Assembly: GCA_002269645.1 (NCBI GenBank)
Contig: NIVC01001985.1
Location: 91,042-155,041, forward strand
DNA length: 64,000 bases
Origin: Macrostomum lignano
Taxonomy: Eukaryota
Reading direction: 5' to 3'
Positions 36,631 through 49,539 of the stretch are shown here, in pieces. The stretch's first letter is position 1, and every line of letters starts with the position of its first letter. A program made the translations under genes and the position numbers. The notes below the pieces were generated by a model. The model had not been told where the DNA came from and ran no database searches. It worked only from the letters and a program-made list of their open reading frames with translations.

Positions 36631-38072
36631 CTGACCCGAAAGAATAAAATAAATATATTTATAGCCAGATGGAGAAATTTCCAAAGTGAAAGATTCTGCA
36701 TAGGTAGAGGTTACAATGCAGGTAGAAAAGAGAAAGAGGGTGAACCGCCCATGAGGGTGGTAGGCGAGGCTGAGTTCTCATCACTGGGCTCGCATCGCTT
36801 TTGTCTCCTCTAATGGAGCTGAGAAAAAAAGAGTTGGCTCTCCGACTCTCGCCAGGCCTCACTCATTTGGCTAACAGCCCGAATGAAATTGCATGCAGCT
36901 CAAACAGGAAAGCCGAATGGGAAGCGCATTTATGAGAATTTTCTGCTGTTAAACTGCTTTTACTTGAGCTACTGAGCCCTGAACGCCCCGGGCCCCGAGG
37001 CGGCCTCATTTAAGCCTTGACCACCAGCTTCAATCATTCTCCCTCTCTCCCGAGCTGGAAGCTTTGAATTCGAATATTCGAATAAAGAAGGCAATCAATC
37101 AGATTTATTGTTACATGCTAATCTATAGAGATACCCCTGCCATAGCGATTGCCAATCCAATTTCTCAGCCCAGTTCCTTTCACACGAGCCTGGGAGGCTT
37201 TTAAGGGAAATCTAGAGATCTTAATTTGGATATATAAAAAGAGGCTTGAGTTGCTTTTAGTTGAACTGAGAGGAAAATTTTAGGCCAACTCCAAACCAAG
37301 CAGCAGCAAGTATTAAAGCTGAGAGGGGAAGGGCGCTGTTTGCGAGGCCCGAGCGAAAGGTGTGAAGAAAATGGGGCTAGCTGGCTAAAACCCGTCCACC
37401 TCACCCGCCCTTTAAAAAACTGAGGGCAAATCCCCCGCTGCCTCACCTGTCTGTCACTCCTGACGGGTCGGTCCTCACCTACACTCGGCTCAGCCGTTTT
37501 CCTTGAGCCTTCGCTTGGGGACTGACTGGAGGGGCAGAGCACGGAAACTTGCTGCTTTCGCCTTCCTCCCGCTGCTTTTGCCCCCCCCCTGCCGCCATCA
37601 TCACTGCAGTTACCTTTAATTCCTTCCCGGCAACTTTCTCTGCAGGCCAGCAAGCAAGCAATTGTTGTCGCTTTCCCCAACTCTCGCTTCCAATTCCTGC
37701 ACAGGCGTAGAAACCCAATAGAGAATTTTTGAGAGTTAAGCCGGGCTTGAGTCTATAGTTGTGTTGAGTTCAGTTGAGCTCAGCTGAGTTAAGTTAAGCT
37801 GGGTAGGACTTCAGGTGCGGGGATCAAGTTTCCAGCATCGATTCTTACGCACGCGACGGTCGGACGGTCAGAAGTTGCCTCCCCCGTCCCCGATAAAGCT
37901 GGGGTGTCCAGCTGCCCGCGCTCCATCGGGCTGCGACTCTTATTAACACTTCCTAAATTTCAAACCAAACAACGACGGTGCCGCTTCCTCAGTGACTCAC
38001 CGCTGTTGTGATGGTAACGATAATGACGCTTCATGGTTCTAATGCTTACTGAAAGGAAGCTGCATCCGGGGG

Positions 38073-38144
38073 TGCAGAGCAGCTCAGCGTTTATTGCCTC
38101 CGACTCTCGTGCCATAGGGCCCAGGTTCGATTCCGTGCAAGATT

Positions 38145-38150
<6 letters not shown>
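38073..38150 (+). mobile_element. tRNA-derived SINE head followed by an expanded simple-repeat tail
   Basis: GCAGCTCAGCG (A-box-like) and GGTTCGATTCC (B box), immediately followed by (TAAC)n. Confidence 0.45.
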
Positions 38151-38809
<659 letters not shown>

Positions 38810-39842
38810 AAGTTGCATCCAGTCAGACTAGAAGAAGACAAAACGAACTCAGTATTTGCCTACGCCTACCCGCGGCAGAGAGCTGGGGCAACGCACACAC
38901 GCTGCAGATCATTAAGCTGAGCTCCTGGTCCGACTCGTTCCAAATATGTCGCGAGGAGAAAGTGTGCAGAGTATAGAGGATCCTAGCGCTCCCTCCCAGC
39001 ACAAGCCATCGGAGTGGGGATTAAAGACGAAGTTCAAGGATCCGTCGCAGGCTACCCCCTCTTCTAGTCGCGTCTCTCTCTCTCTCCCCATAAATATCTT
39101 AATCCGACCACTCGCGGCTCAAGTTGGAGACGTGCGTGCCCGCAGGCGGACTCGAAGCCTTAGCATGCGAGCTCGCGAGTCTTTGCAACTCATTTTCTTT
39201 CGTCTTCTCTTGGCAGCTGCTTCAGCACAACACTGTAGTTTTTTTCTTTCAAAACTCCTGTGACTACCTACTAGGGGAGCTGAGAAAGTCCTGCAGCGGC
39301 TCACGCAGGCGGAGTCTCATTCTTTCTGTGCTAAGCAACTTTTTTCGGGGGTTGCATGCAGGTTTGAAATCTCCCCTCTCTCTCTGCCCCCAATTCCTCA
39401 CTCCTCCCTGCAGCCCTCCATCGTGTGTCATAAAACAAGTTTGGCACAAGCCACTAACTAAAGCCAGGGGGTTGTGCTCCAGCTGAGCTTTCAGCCCCGA
39501 GGATTAATGGACAGCATGGGGGGATGGCTGGCTAGCTTCAGGACTGCATTGCGGGTCAGTGAGCGAGTATGGAGAAACTCACTGGCTGAAAAGCGGCTGC
39601 TACTAGCGGTGAAAGTTCAGAGCGGGTAGTGAGCCATATTGGACAGAAAAAGCCCATCTATGATTCCCTAAAACTGAATAGCAGTTATTTGACCGTGCAG
39701 GTTGCTGAGCAGGTGCGATCCCATCAACAGTCAGAACTGCATTCGACTCTAAACACGAGGGACAGATAATAATTACTGAGCGAAGACATTCCTGTTTTAG
39801 TTTTTTAACTACTCGAAATGTCGAATATAATGGCACGTTTGA

Positions 39843-40807
39843 AACTACTCAAGCACAGCCGATTTCTGCTACAAAACTACTCAAGCACAGCCGATTTCTG
39901 CTACAAAACTACTCAAGCACAGCCGATTTCTGCTACAAAACTACTCGATCTTAGCTCAGTTGCGCTACAAAACTACTCGAGCTTAGCTCAGTGCTGCTAC
40001 AAAACTACTCGATCTTAGCTCAGTTCTGCTACAAAACTACTCGATCTTAGCTCAGTGCTGCTACAAAACTACTCGATCTTAGCTCAGTTCTGCTACAAAA
40101 CTACTCGATCTTAGCTCAGTGCTGCTACAAAACTACTCGATCTTAGCTCAGTTCTGCTACAAAACTACTCGATCTTAGCTCAGTGCTGCTACAAAACTAC
40201 TCGATCTTAGCTCAGTGCTGCTACAAAACTACTCGATCTTAGCTCAGTGCTGCTACAAAACTACTCGATCTTAGCTCAGTGCTGCTACAAAACTACTCGA
40301 TCTTAGCTCAGTTCTGCTACAAAACTACTCGATCTTAGCTCAGTGCTGCTACAAAACTACTCGATCTTAGCTCAGTTCTGCTACAAAACTACTCGATCTT
40401 AGCTCAGTGCTGCTACAAAACTACTCGATCTTAGCTCAGTGCTGCTACAAAACTACTCGATCTTAGCTCAGTGCTGCTACAAAACTACTCGATCTTAGCT
40501 CAGTGCTGCTACAAAACTACTCGATCTTAGCTCAGTGCTGCTACAAAACTACTCGATCTTAGCTCAGTGCTGCTACAAAACTACTCGATCTTAGCTCAGT
40601 GCTGCTACAAAACTACTCGATCTTAGCTCAGTGCTGCTACAAAACTACTCGATCTTAGCTCAGTTCTGCTACAAAACTACTCGAGCTTAGCTCAGTGCTG
40701 CTACAAAACTACTCGATCTTAGCTCAGTGCTGCTACAAAACTACTCGATCTTAGCTCAGTGCTGCTACAAAACTACTCGATCTTAGCTCAGTGCTGCTAC
40801 AAAACTA
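39843..40807. repeat. 32-bp minisatellite
   Basis: Unit CTACAAAACTACTCGATCTTAGCTCAGT(G/T)CTG, about 30 copies. Confidence 0.96.
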
Positions 40808-43800
40808 GATGTAGACGCACTCATTTCTGCTGTGCTCTAAAAATGAGCACCAGTTGTGTATCTCCTGCAGTTCTGCACCAATGCTTGTTTTAAACTTTTT
40901 TCTCTTGAGAGCTTTTTAACCAGTCCAAATAGGAATACAAAAGCTAAGGCCGCGCCTAGCTATCATGAGGAGCACAATGGAATAGTCATATTCAACTTGC
41001 CAGCGTCTCCCAGTTCCATGCCGATCGGTTCTATCGCAGCGGCCGATGTAATGAAGCTCGCTTTGTCAAAGTTGATGTCAAAAAACTGTGCGCGTCCATT
41101 GGGGTATAAAGACAGCAAAGAGAATGAGAGAGGGGCAATGCAGGGAGCGGAGGCAGCGGCTACTGCAGTGGGGGGAGCCATATGAATGCAGCAGCTATAA
41201 ACTGCAGCGTAGGGGCCGTTAGTCGTTGGGCATTTTCGGGAGAGATGGGACGGAACGAGGGAAAGCTGAGGCGAATCTGAGCGCGGGCTGCCCGCCTCCC
41301 AACCCCCCCCCCTCACAGAGAAGCCAATTAAGCCTCGGCGGGAGGGAGCGCTGGCAGCCGGCCCTTAGTGCTGCCTGCATGGCGAGTCTTTTATGAGTCT
41401 CCGGGGCGCTGGCGCTGGCCGCCAGTGGGAGGGGCGCTCGGTCAGCTCAGCGAGCGCGTCGGGCATAGGCCGCTAAGCCGTATTGGCTCAGAAGAAGTCT
41501 TCTGTATTTTGCCAATTTCTTTTCTCTCCCCACTCTCTCTGCGGCAGGCCAAATCTATTTCTTGGACTCTTCACTCTCTAACGCCATCTTTCTGCTTCTT
41601 TTTCTGTGGGAGAGGGGGAAGTGGGCGAGTTTTTTGGGTTGGATCGGGTGTGAGAGCCGCAAGAGGGGAAGAGGGAGTGGGAAAGCTGAGTGAGAGGAAT
41701 TCCCGCAAACCCGCTCATGCAGTTTGGGATTTTATTTTCAGCAGAATTAGGCGCAGGCATTTTCTCTGTATGTGAGGTGCCGATTGTTCGGCGGAACAGC
41801 GCGGAGCGAGGTCGTTTCGAATTTGACTTTATTTCCTAATACTCTCCCCCTCCCATTCTCCAGCTCCCACCCGGCCTCCCTGCCCCGCGAGAGACCCCCG
41901 GGATTACGAAAGCCGAGGCAATCGGCGGGATTAAAATGGGGAGAGAGGCGTGAGAGCTCGGAGAAGAAAAAGGAATTGAAGGGGGCAGGCAGCGGGGGCA
42001 GCGAATGCACTACTTGGCTGAATATTTATGACTTCTCTGTCTTGGCCGTCCGAGTTTTCTTCCTCGACTTTTCTATCATCGCAGCTTCTGGCTGTCCGGC
42101 GGACTGGACTCGGCCAAAATAAGGATATAGCTATATAGTGGCTAAGACTGTATGCCGCCGCGCGCATAGCGGAGGCTGATAGACAGTCCCGACTCAAATT
42201 TATGATCACGCACGCCCCTTTGAGTTAGCAACTTCCCAGGGAGATGCGAGAGATGCTGCATGATGCGGTGTCCTCAGCAACTGAGTGCTTTTCTGCTACA
42301 CATCTGCTTTTCATTGCAGCATACAGAAGAAGGACGCGTAACATTTCAAGATGATGGGGAATTATTTGAAGGCCCCAATTCTGCTTCGGAATACACTAGC
42401 GAGATCGCGGGCAGTGTGCCAAGGGTTCGATTCCGTGAGCAGCCACATACATTTGGCGATTGTGCTCAGAAATTGTCGTGCGATTCTCATCCATGATTAT
42501 TAACGGCGCAGTGTGTTACATGCCTGACTTTGAGAAAATTAGGGCCGCTGGTACACCCCGCGTGCTCAGGGGTCAGCGTGATGCGCAAGACTAGTCGAAA
42601 TAAAAACTATTACTCTATGGATAGAAATATAATTTTCAATATACAATCATAGGCTTGCCATAATTTTGAAGTGTTACTCAAAGCAGTATAAAAACAATTT
42701 AGACCCAGCCATATATGGTAGTCAAACAAAAATATGTTAACCGAACAAGCGCATAGTCGGTATATACACTGCAGTACATTTATATGCTGTAACAATGTGG
42801 ATTCTGCATTAATGATTCACGGCCGACCTAGGGCATCGCTTCATTTACTTTATTTCAGGCCTGCTGAAGCGGCCTCCGCAGGAGCCCAGGAGTTCTTTGG
42901 CTCCCCAAGCATGCGAGATGACTCAGCCAGACTCATTAATTAATTGACTCCTTACTTGAGTCCTCCAGAAAGGGGGGGGAGAAGGAGGAGAAAGCTAGGG
43001 CGGATTGCGGGTTAGCTGGGGAGCCGAGATGTGGGCGGTGCAGAAAGGGAGCTGGGCTGCCGGCTGTTTGGCAGCAATTGCAGGTTGATTTGATTCTAGA
43101 CACACACACGGGTGGATTATCACACAGCTGGCTCAATATTTAGAAGCAAGCTGTCCGCTAGGTAACACTAGGTAAGTTATTTTATGCAGAGCAGGCCAAC
43201 CCCCTAGCACAGAGAGTGTTCATGCCTGACAACTAGAAATTCAGGGCCGCTGTGCATCCTGTGTGAGCGCGTGTGAGTGCGTGCCTGCCTACAGCACTGG
43301 CACGCTTGTGTGCTCATAAAATGTATTCTATTGATAATTCGACAGCTGCTATTTAACCAAGCAGAAAAAGAAATAAATAAAACTAAAACTCGAAGAATTT
43401 CCGCTTGTTTGAGACACCATTGTCCAAAAATCAATTGTTATCATTCTTTGCAGTTCAAAGAAAACAACTTAACAATAATACCAGTGCAGGGCGTGTATTG
43501 TGAGGTAAAAAAATGGTTACAGAGAAACACCTGGAAGCTTGAGACGAAAATTCCCAGAAACAACATAGCCATACATAAGTCTGATAAAATCGGTAAACAA
43601 ATCGAGTTTAATACTCGTAATTTGAAAGAGCCAATTAAACGCGACGACCTACTGGGCTCGTCTCAGACAAAAAACAATTCTCTTCATACGGGAAAATCAA
43701 CGATTAAAACAGAGCATGGGGCAGATTTTCTGTCTGAATTTTGTTTTAATCAAATAAATCCAGCGATTAGTTTAATTTGAGTAATTTTATTTGTCAAAAA

Positions 43801-44713
43801 AGCTACTCATCAGAACTATAGAGGCTTAGAGAGATTAACCAGGGGAAGAATCGATCAGGAAGACTGCATTGTTGAGCAGAGAAGAGCAAGATAGTATAAT
43901 ATTTTATCTCGTATACGTTTATTGATAGAATGGCAATCAGAATAAAGAGCATGCGCTTGCTACTTTACTTACAGTAAAAATTACAGAATATTACATGTAT
44001 AAAATTATTCATAAAGAACTTTTATTTGATATTTTACTGATAGTAGAGATATGGGAAAAATACGCTTAATAATATCGATTAAAATGCATTCAATATTCTA
44101 CTGGGCTACACTATAGATAAGCCATAAAAGGGATCATATATTTAACGAACTTAAGAATTCATCTGGAGACGCAAAACGCGATAGATTTTTTGTAGTCCCT
44201 ATTTTGCAGCGTGACTTTTTTGTAAGTAACTCGTATTATTCGCGAGAGCTGCTTAAAAGCCTTAAAAAAGAGATAACACAACCAATAAATCTTATTGATA
44301 GGAAGCATGTATAGCTAAATAAAACTGATGACTAGGGCGTAAAATATGATGAAAACTAGAGCTACTGATAACAGTTAGCGACAACAGGAAATCAATATAA
44401 AAAGATTAAACTTCCAACCAAAATTGCAGCGAGTGTTTTAAGAAAGAGACTCATTATACAAGCTTGAATTGCTTCTATCTTAAAAGCGTGTAAATATTAT
44501 ATTCCACACTTGTAGCTGTTAATAAGCTACACAATATACTGTAATACGAATCCTAATCTTATTCTTATTACTGCAATGCTACTAAACAAGTAATATCTTG
44601 CTAGTAGATACTTCAAACTGGTCCTCAATGATTTTTTGGCTTTTTAGTTAAAACTACGATCAATGCCTTAACTTTTTGTAAACAAGTAAAAGTTCAACTA
44701 CGCAAAGAGGAAC

Positions 44714-47700
44714 TCAAGAAGACAAAGCGCTAGCAATGTTGGCCAATCCCAGGTCCTCTAGCACGGATTTGGGCTCGTTGTTGTCCTGAAAATCAATGAG
44801 AAATCGATATTTATTACCAATTGAGTTTCGGATTAAAGTACATCTATATCCATTAGTGGACACAACAAGGTAATTTCGATATGAAATGTAGCTAGCTAAG
44901 CTTAACGAAAATATAGGTAATAGAATGGATGAACCTGTAACCATGGCTACTACTTGGCTGAGAATTTAATAAGGCAAGCGAAACCACCACCACAACAACA
45001 ACGACAATATAAATGGCAAAATTGTGGAAGTTTTCTGTAACAAAAGAAACTAAAAAAACCATCACCACCAATAAAATAAAACTTCTGACAATTTTTATGA
45101 GCGACTCGCTATTAGTAGGAAAATAAGATATACTACTAATAGTCGCTACTGACTAGGCTGCGATTATTATCCAAGACCGTGATCCTCGAAAAATCCCTGC
45201 GGCGTTTCCTCCTTAATTGATGGAAATGATCACACAATCGGGCGTGATTAGAAATAGGTGACACAAATATTGTGTACTTTTATTGCTAGGTAATTGAAAT
45301 CTACTAATAATTATTATTGAAAACATTAATATATTTATTAATACCTAGACACGTACAATCGGGTAAAAGGAATGTCAGCTATTTGTTCAAAATTGAAGCT
45401 GTTGAAAATTGAGAAACTAGCTTGCGAGATCCCGACAGAGAATGTGCAGATTCCATTTCTCATTAAGTTACATTTAAGGGCAATTGGCAGGTAGGTAAAA
45501 CACATTTTACGAGCATTTGGATCGAGACAGTCAATCTGACAGAAACTATAAGCATAATATAATAAAGTGATATACCAAAGTTTAATTTGTTTTAGATTCA
45601 ACTTTCAAAAAACACGTCATTAAAACCGATTATTCAAAATAAATCTGTGTCGTATCTTCGATTTGTTTAATCTCGTACGAGTCGCTAATACTGCAATATT
45701 CGGACTTGAAATTCTAGCAAAATATAGCTGAAAGTTTTAACAAAAATGGTTTAGATTTTTTATAGAAGTCAGTTGACAGTACTTATATAAATGAAATTGA
45801 TGCTGGAATGCACGTGAAGGTGGGATACAGTACAAAATCAACATCATCAATGCGGTGCATCGTGTTTGAAAATAAGTGAATTTGTCAGTTTAGGATTGGC
45901 AGCCATATAATTAATAGTATAGTGACAAACAGTTTATAATAGAACTGTCAGGAAATAACAAAGACAAGGATCTTCTAACACTGACAAAGAAACAAATTTC
46001 TGAGTAATAATTCGGCTTGCGATAACGCAAATATTTTCGCTCGTTCTATATAGTACTATATAGTAGTATGCATAGAGAATCGCATGATGGCGTTCTTGCA
46101 ACTCGGTTAAATCAATCCGTATTCTTTTAGCGCTTCCAAAAGGGCATCGTTCTAGATTTATTGGAGGGCGGTTGAGTCGCTTATTGAATTGAATTTGGTT
46201 GCGCGGAAGGACAGTCCTACTAGCTTCCGTCCTAGTGGCTTAGTGTCCTAAATGGCTTAATTCTTAACAGTTCTCTGCTAAGTTTGAACTAATCGCGAAA
46301 TACTACTGAACTTTCTAAAAGCACATTCTTCATTTACCATGTGGAATATTAGGATTGGCAGTGAAATTCATTGTGAGGCACCTGAAATCCATTGTGAGAC
46401 ACCCGAAATCCATCGTAAGACACCTGAAATTCCCTGTGAGACACATTAAATCCATCTTGAGACACCTGAAATCCCCTGTGTGGCAGCTGAAATCCATTGT
46501 GAGACAGCTGAAATCCATTGTGAGACAGCTGAAATCCATTGTGAGACAGCTGAAATCCATTGTGAGACAGCTGAAATCCATTGTGAGACAGCTGAAATCC
46601 AATGTGAGACAGCTGAAATCCATTGTGAGACACCTGAAATCCATTGTGAGACACCTGAAATCGCCAAGTAAGACATCTTAACTCCTATTGTGTGTGCAAG
46701 GAAAATTCCAGGAATATGAGACACCTGAAATCCATGTGTGATCTACATTGTTTAAACATCTGAGACACTTGTGAGACACCTGAATTCCATTTGAGACAGA
46801 CAAAACAGCAGAGTTGGACAAAGCTAAACGCAAAAGTTAAATGCAAAAAATAAACATACAGCACTGAATGTGCATGTTAGATTTTTGCTATGTTTCCCAT
46901 TCGTTGTTATTTAAAAATAAACAAGAAGCATTTATTGAATCAAGCAAACATAAGAAGCACTTTTGGAGTGCAAGCACTGTACAAAAAACATCCTTGATAA
47001 TTAAGAATTTACCTCCTGCAACAGATCCTGCGCGGCGATGGCCTTCAACACGTTCTTTTTGCTTGTCTCCTGAACCTCACCGCCTAGTATAAACTCGTCC
47101 AGCATAAAGTAGGCTTTCTCAAAGTTAAATATAATGTCCAGCTCGCAGACCTGTAGAAGTTAAATCAAGCCTGTTTTGTTTGTATATAAAAAACACAAAG
47201 TCAATCTACTTCTGAATAGTACATTGAGTACGAGCACTTACGCTTCCAAAGTACTTATCAAGAAGTTCAACATAGCGATGTATGACTTCGAGACAGAGAA
47301 GCTCATTGTCCTGCTGTTCAATAGCGCAGCAGAAATAGAGACTCGCGTATCTGTAAAAGTACCAATGGCATGAAGAGTTTTTTAAATATGCGATATCTGA
47401 GAATGACGCTGACAGTGGTATTGTGTGTCCTTGCCTTTTATACACAATCTTCAACTCTTTCCACTCTAAAAAGGAGCACATCTTTGGTTTTCTAGCAAGA
47501 ATAAGAGTGACCAAATCTCGAGTGATCTTCTTTTTTGCCTTGTCCGTCTGAGAGATGTACCACTTTTGTAGTCGAAGTTTACCCTGCCTGCTGAATAGTA
47601 GCATAAAATGAATCTAAAAATATTTTAGAAATTGTTTTAAAAAATATGTCAAGTTAGGGAATAGACCATGCAGTAAGTCTACTTAATAATATATTTTTTA

Positions 47701-48208
47701 CTTAAATACTATACAATACAGCATTTGTGTACGCAATAAAAAATTCCCAGTCATATGTGTGCTTAAATTTGCAAACATAATCATATCACTTGCATAAAGT
47801 TTTACATGTACATCGATTAACAATCAAATAGATAGCATCTGGAATTAATTTTTTATGCAATTTAAAACTATTTCTCGTATAATTAAAGTTAGCCATACAA
47901 TAACTGCCGTAATAAATTATGCTAGTTAAATGAGATATTTTTATAGCTGCTATAAAAGTTGTCACTAACAATGAAAAGATAATTAGGCAATAGTCGTAAG
48001 TGAAGCATATGTGAACTAGCTTTGATGGTTTATTTATGTAATTAAGGACAAAGTTTTTCGTTTAAATTACTTTCATTTGCTTTCAATTTCTAAGAATGGA
48101 TAAAACATAGTCTGACAAGGATGATAAACATAATTAGACTGAATGATTATTTAGTTTAATTTACCATTTAAAACTTTACCAGTTTCAACTTAGGCCCTAA
48201 CTTACCAT
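44714..48208 (-). CDS. AP1S: AP-1 adaptor complex sigma subunit, ~166 aa
   Basis: complement join(48206..48208,47435..47613,47242..47350,47013..47150,44714..44785), 501 nt. [20 protein letters not shown]...[23 protein letters not shown]...[73 protein letters not shown]. Intron 2 is GC-AG; exon 1 contributes only ATG (ATG|GTAAGT). Confidence 0.93.
46360..46796. repeat. 21-bp minisatellite in AP1S intron 4
   Basis: Unit GAGACA(G/C)CTGAAATCCATTGT, about 15 regular copies plus outliers. Confidence 0.92.
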
Positions 48209-48709
48209 TCTGAATTCCTCAAAAGATAAAATAAGAAAGTTGCTTGTAGTGTTTAAACTCTTTATCTATAAAAAACTTTTGACTTGTGAACTAAAGCCAA
48301 GGCACAAAGCTGAAACGAGAAATGCTAGGCCTAACTAAAATGATCAATTAATGCGTTCTCATTTTAAGAAAGGAATAAAAATGGCAATAAAAGAGATGGA
48401 CTTTTCTTATTAAGAAAACGCCAGTTTCATATAATTAAATCAGCAAAAATCTGCAAACGTTCAACAGCCACACGTCCACGCTTCTGACGTGAGACTGCAA
48501 TCGAGTGATCAGGTCAGGTCAGGTGGTGCGGGGACGGAGACTTTCGTATGATTTAAATATAATTGTTTTGTTTTTTCAATTCTCTGTCTTTTAAGTTGGT
48601 GTGTTTGTTTTACAGAATAAACGACCGTTGTCTGATATTTAGGCTGATTTTTCGTGAATAATGTTTTTAAGTAAAAATGTTTGTTAAAAGCTTGAAAGAA
48701 ATTCAAATA

Positions 48710-49005
48710 AAACACGGCCTACTTATGAAAGCGGCTGTGTCAAAAATTCAAATAAGTATTTGCATTATAGACACGGCTGCTATGTCTATAAATAGACCTA
48801 GTCACTATTAGACATGGCCACTGTGTCAATGAAACTTGCACGGTAGCCATGTCATTAATATTGAATGGGTTCATATTTAGAGACATAGTGGATGGTTGTG
48901 TCATGAATATGGAATTGATTTACACTTAAAAACATGGGTGGGTGGCCATGTCTCTAATATTAGAGCTTATGGGCATGGCTGCCATGCCATGTATATAGGC
49001 CCCTA
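48710..49005. mobile_element. Decayed DNA-transposon subterminal repeat block
   Basis: Five to six spaced quasi-palindromic GACA(C/T)GG..C(C/T)(G/A)TGTC motifs ending at TATATAGGCCCC; superfamily not assignable. Confidence 0.4.
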
Positions 49006-49170
49006 ATCATTGATCAAATGAAAAGATCAATCAATTGAAAAGTCAAAGTTTTTTATTTGAATTTTTTAAATTAAATTAATTTTAATTTTAAGAATAACAC
49101 AAAATCTTTTTTTAAAGTGCAGCTGCAATAATAATATATGTAGCTACTAAAAAAGTCAGTCAGTCAGTCA

Positions 49171-49539
49171 CATACATGCACAACAGTTGGCCAAGTTGGC
49201 TGATTTGGCTGACCAATTTGGCGGCCAAACAAGGAAGTTGCAAAAGTGCCCACCCAAAAAAATACCAAAGTAGTAGTACTATGTAGCTGACGAGGCATTT
49301 TGACTTAATAAGACATAGTCATAGTTATGTCTTATTAGTCATAGTCATAGTCTATAACTATAGTCATAGTAAAGTCATAGTTACTCCTACCGTTTACCTA
49401 TAGTAGCGTTAATTTTGCTTTACACTACTTATGCTAGGGTTTTTTATATGTTAGTTGCATTTTTGGCCAAAAACTATGTCGCATTTTTGTTAAAACTAAG
49501 TTGCATGGATGACCAAATTTTGAAGGTTGCGCATGTATG
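49171..49539 (-). mobile_element. MITE family A copy 3 (inverted), with 28S-derived segment
   Basis: TIRs CATACATGCACAAC / GTTGCGCATGTATG, perfect 8-bp TSD GTCAGTCA. Interior is the reverse complement of copy 1; rRNA-like piece at 49288-49398. Confidence 0.85.

Noticed and set aside
40856-41316. Overlapping 109-aa (+) and 117-aa (-) ORFs
   Set aside because: No recognisable motif and no linked exons; covered only by the general unexplained-interval finding.
43277-43780. 167-aa GTG-start ORF
   Set aside because: AT-rich, unlike the codon style of the real genes here; no recognisable domain or splice support.
46330-46724. Several overlapping ~100-aa ORFs on both strands
   Set aside because: 21-bp tandem repeat inside AP1S intron 4.
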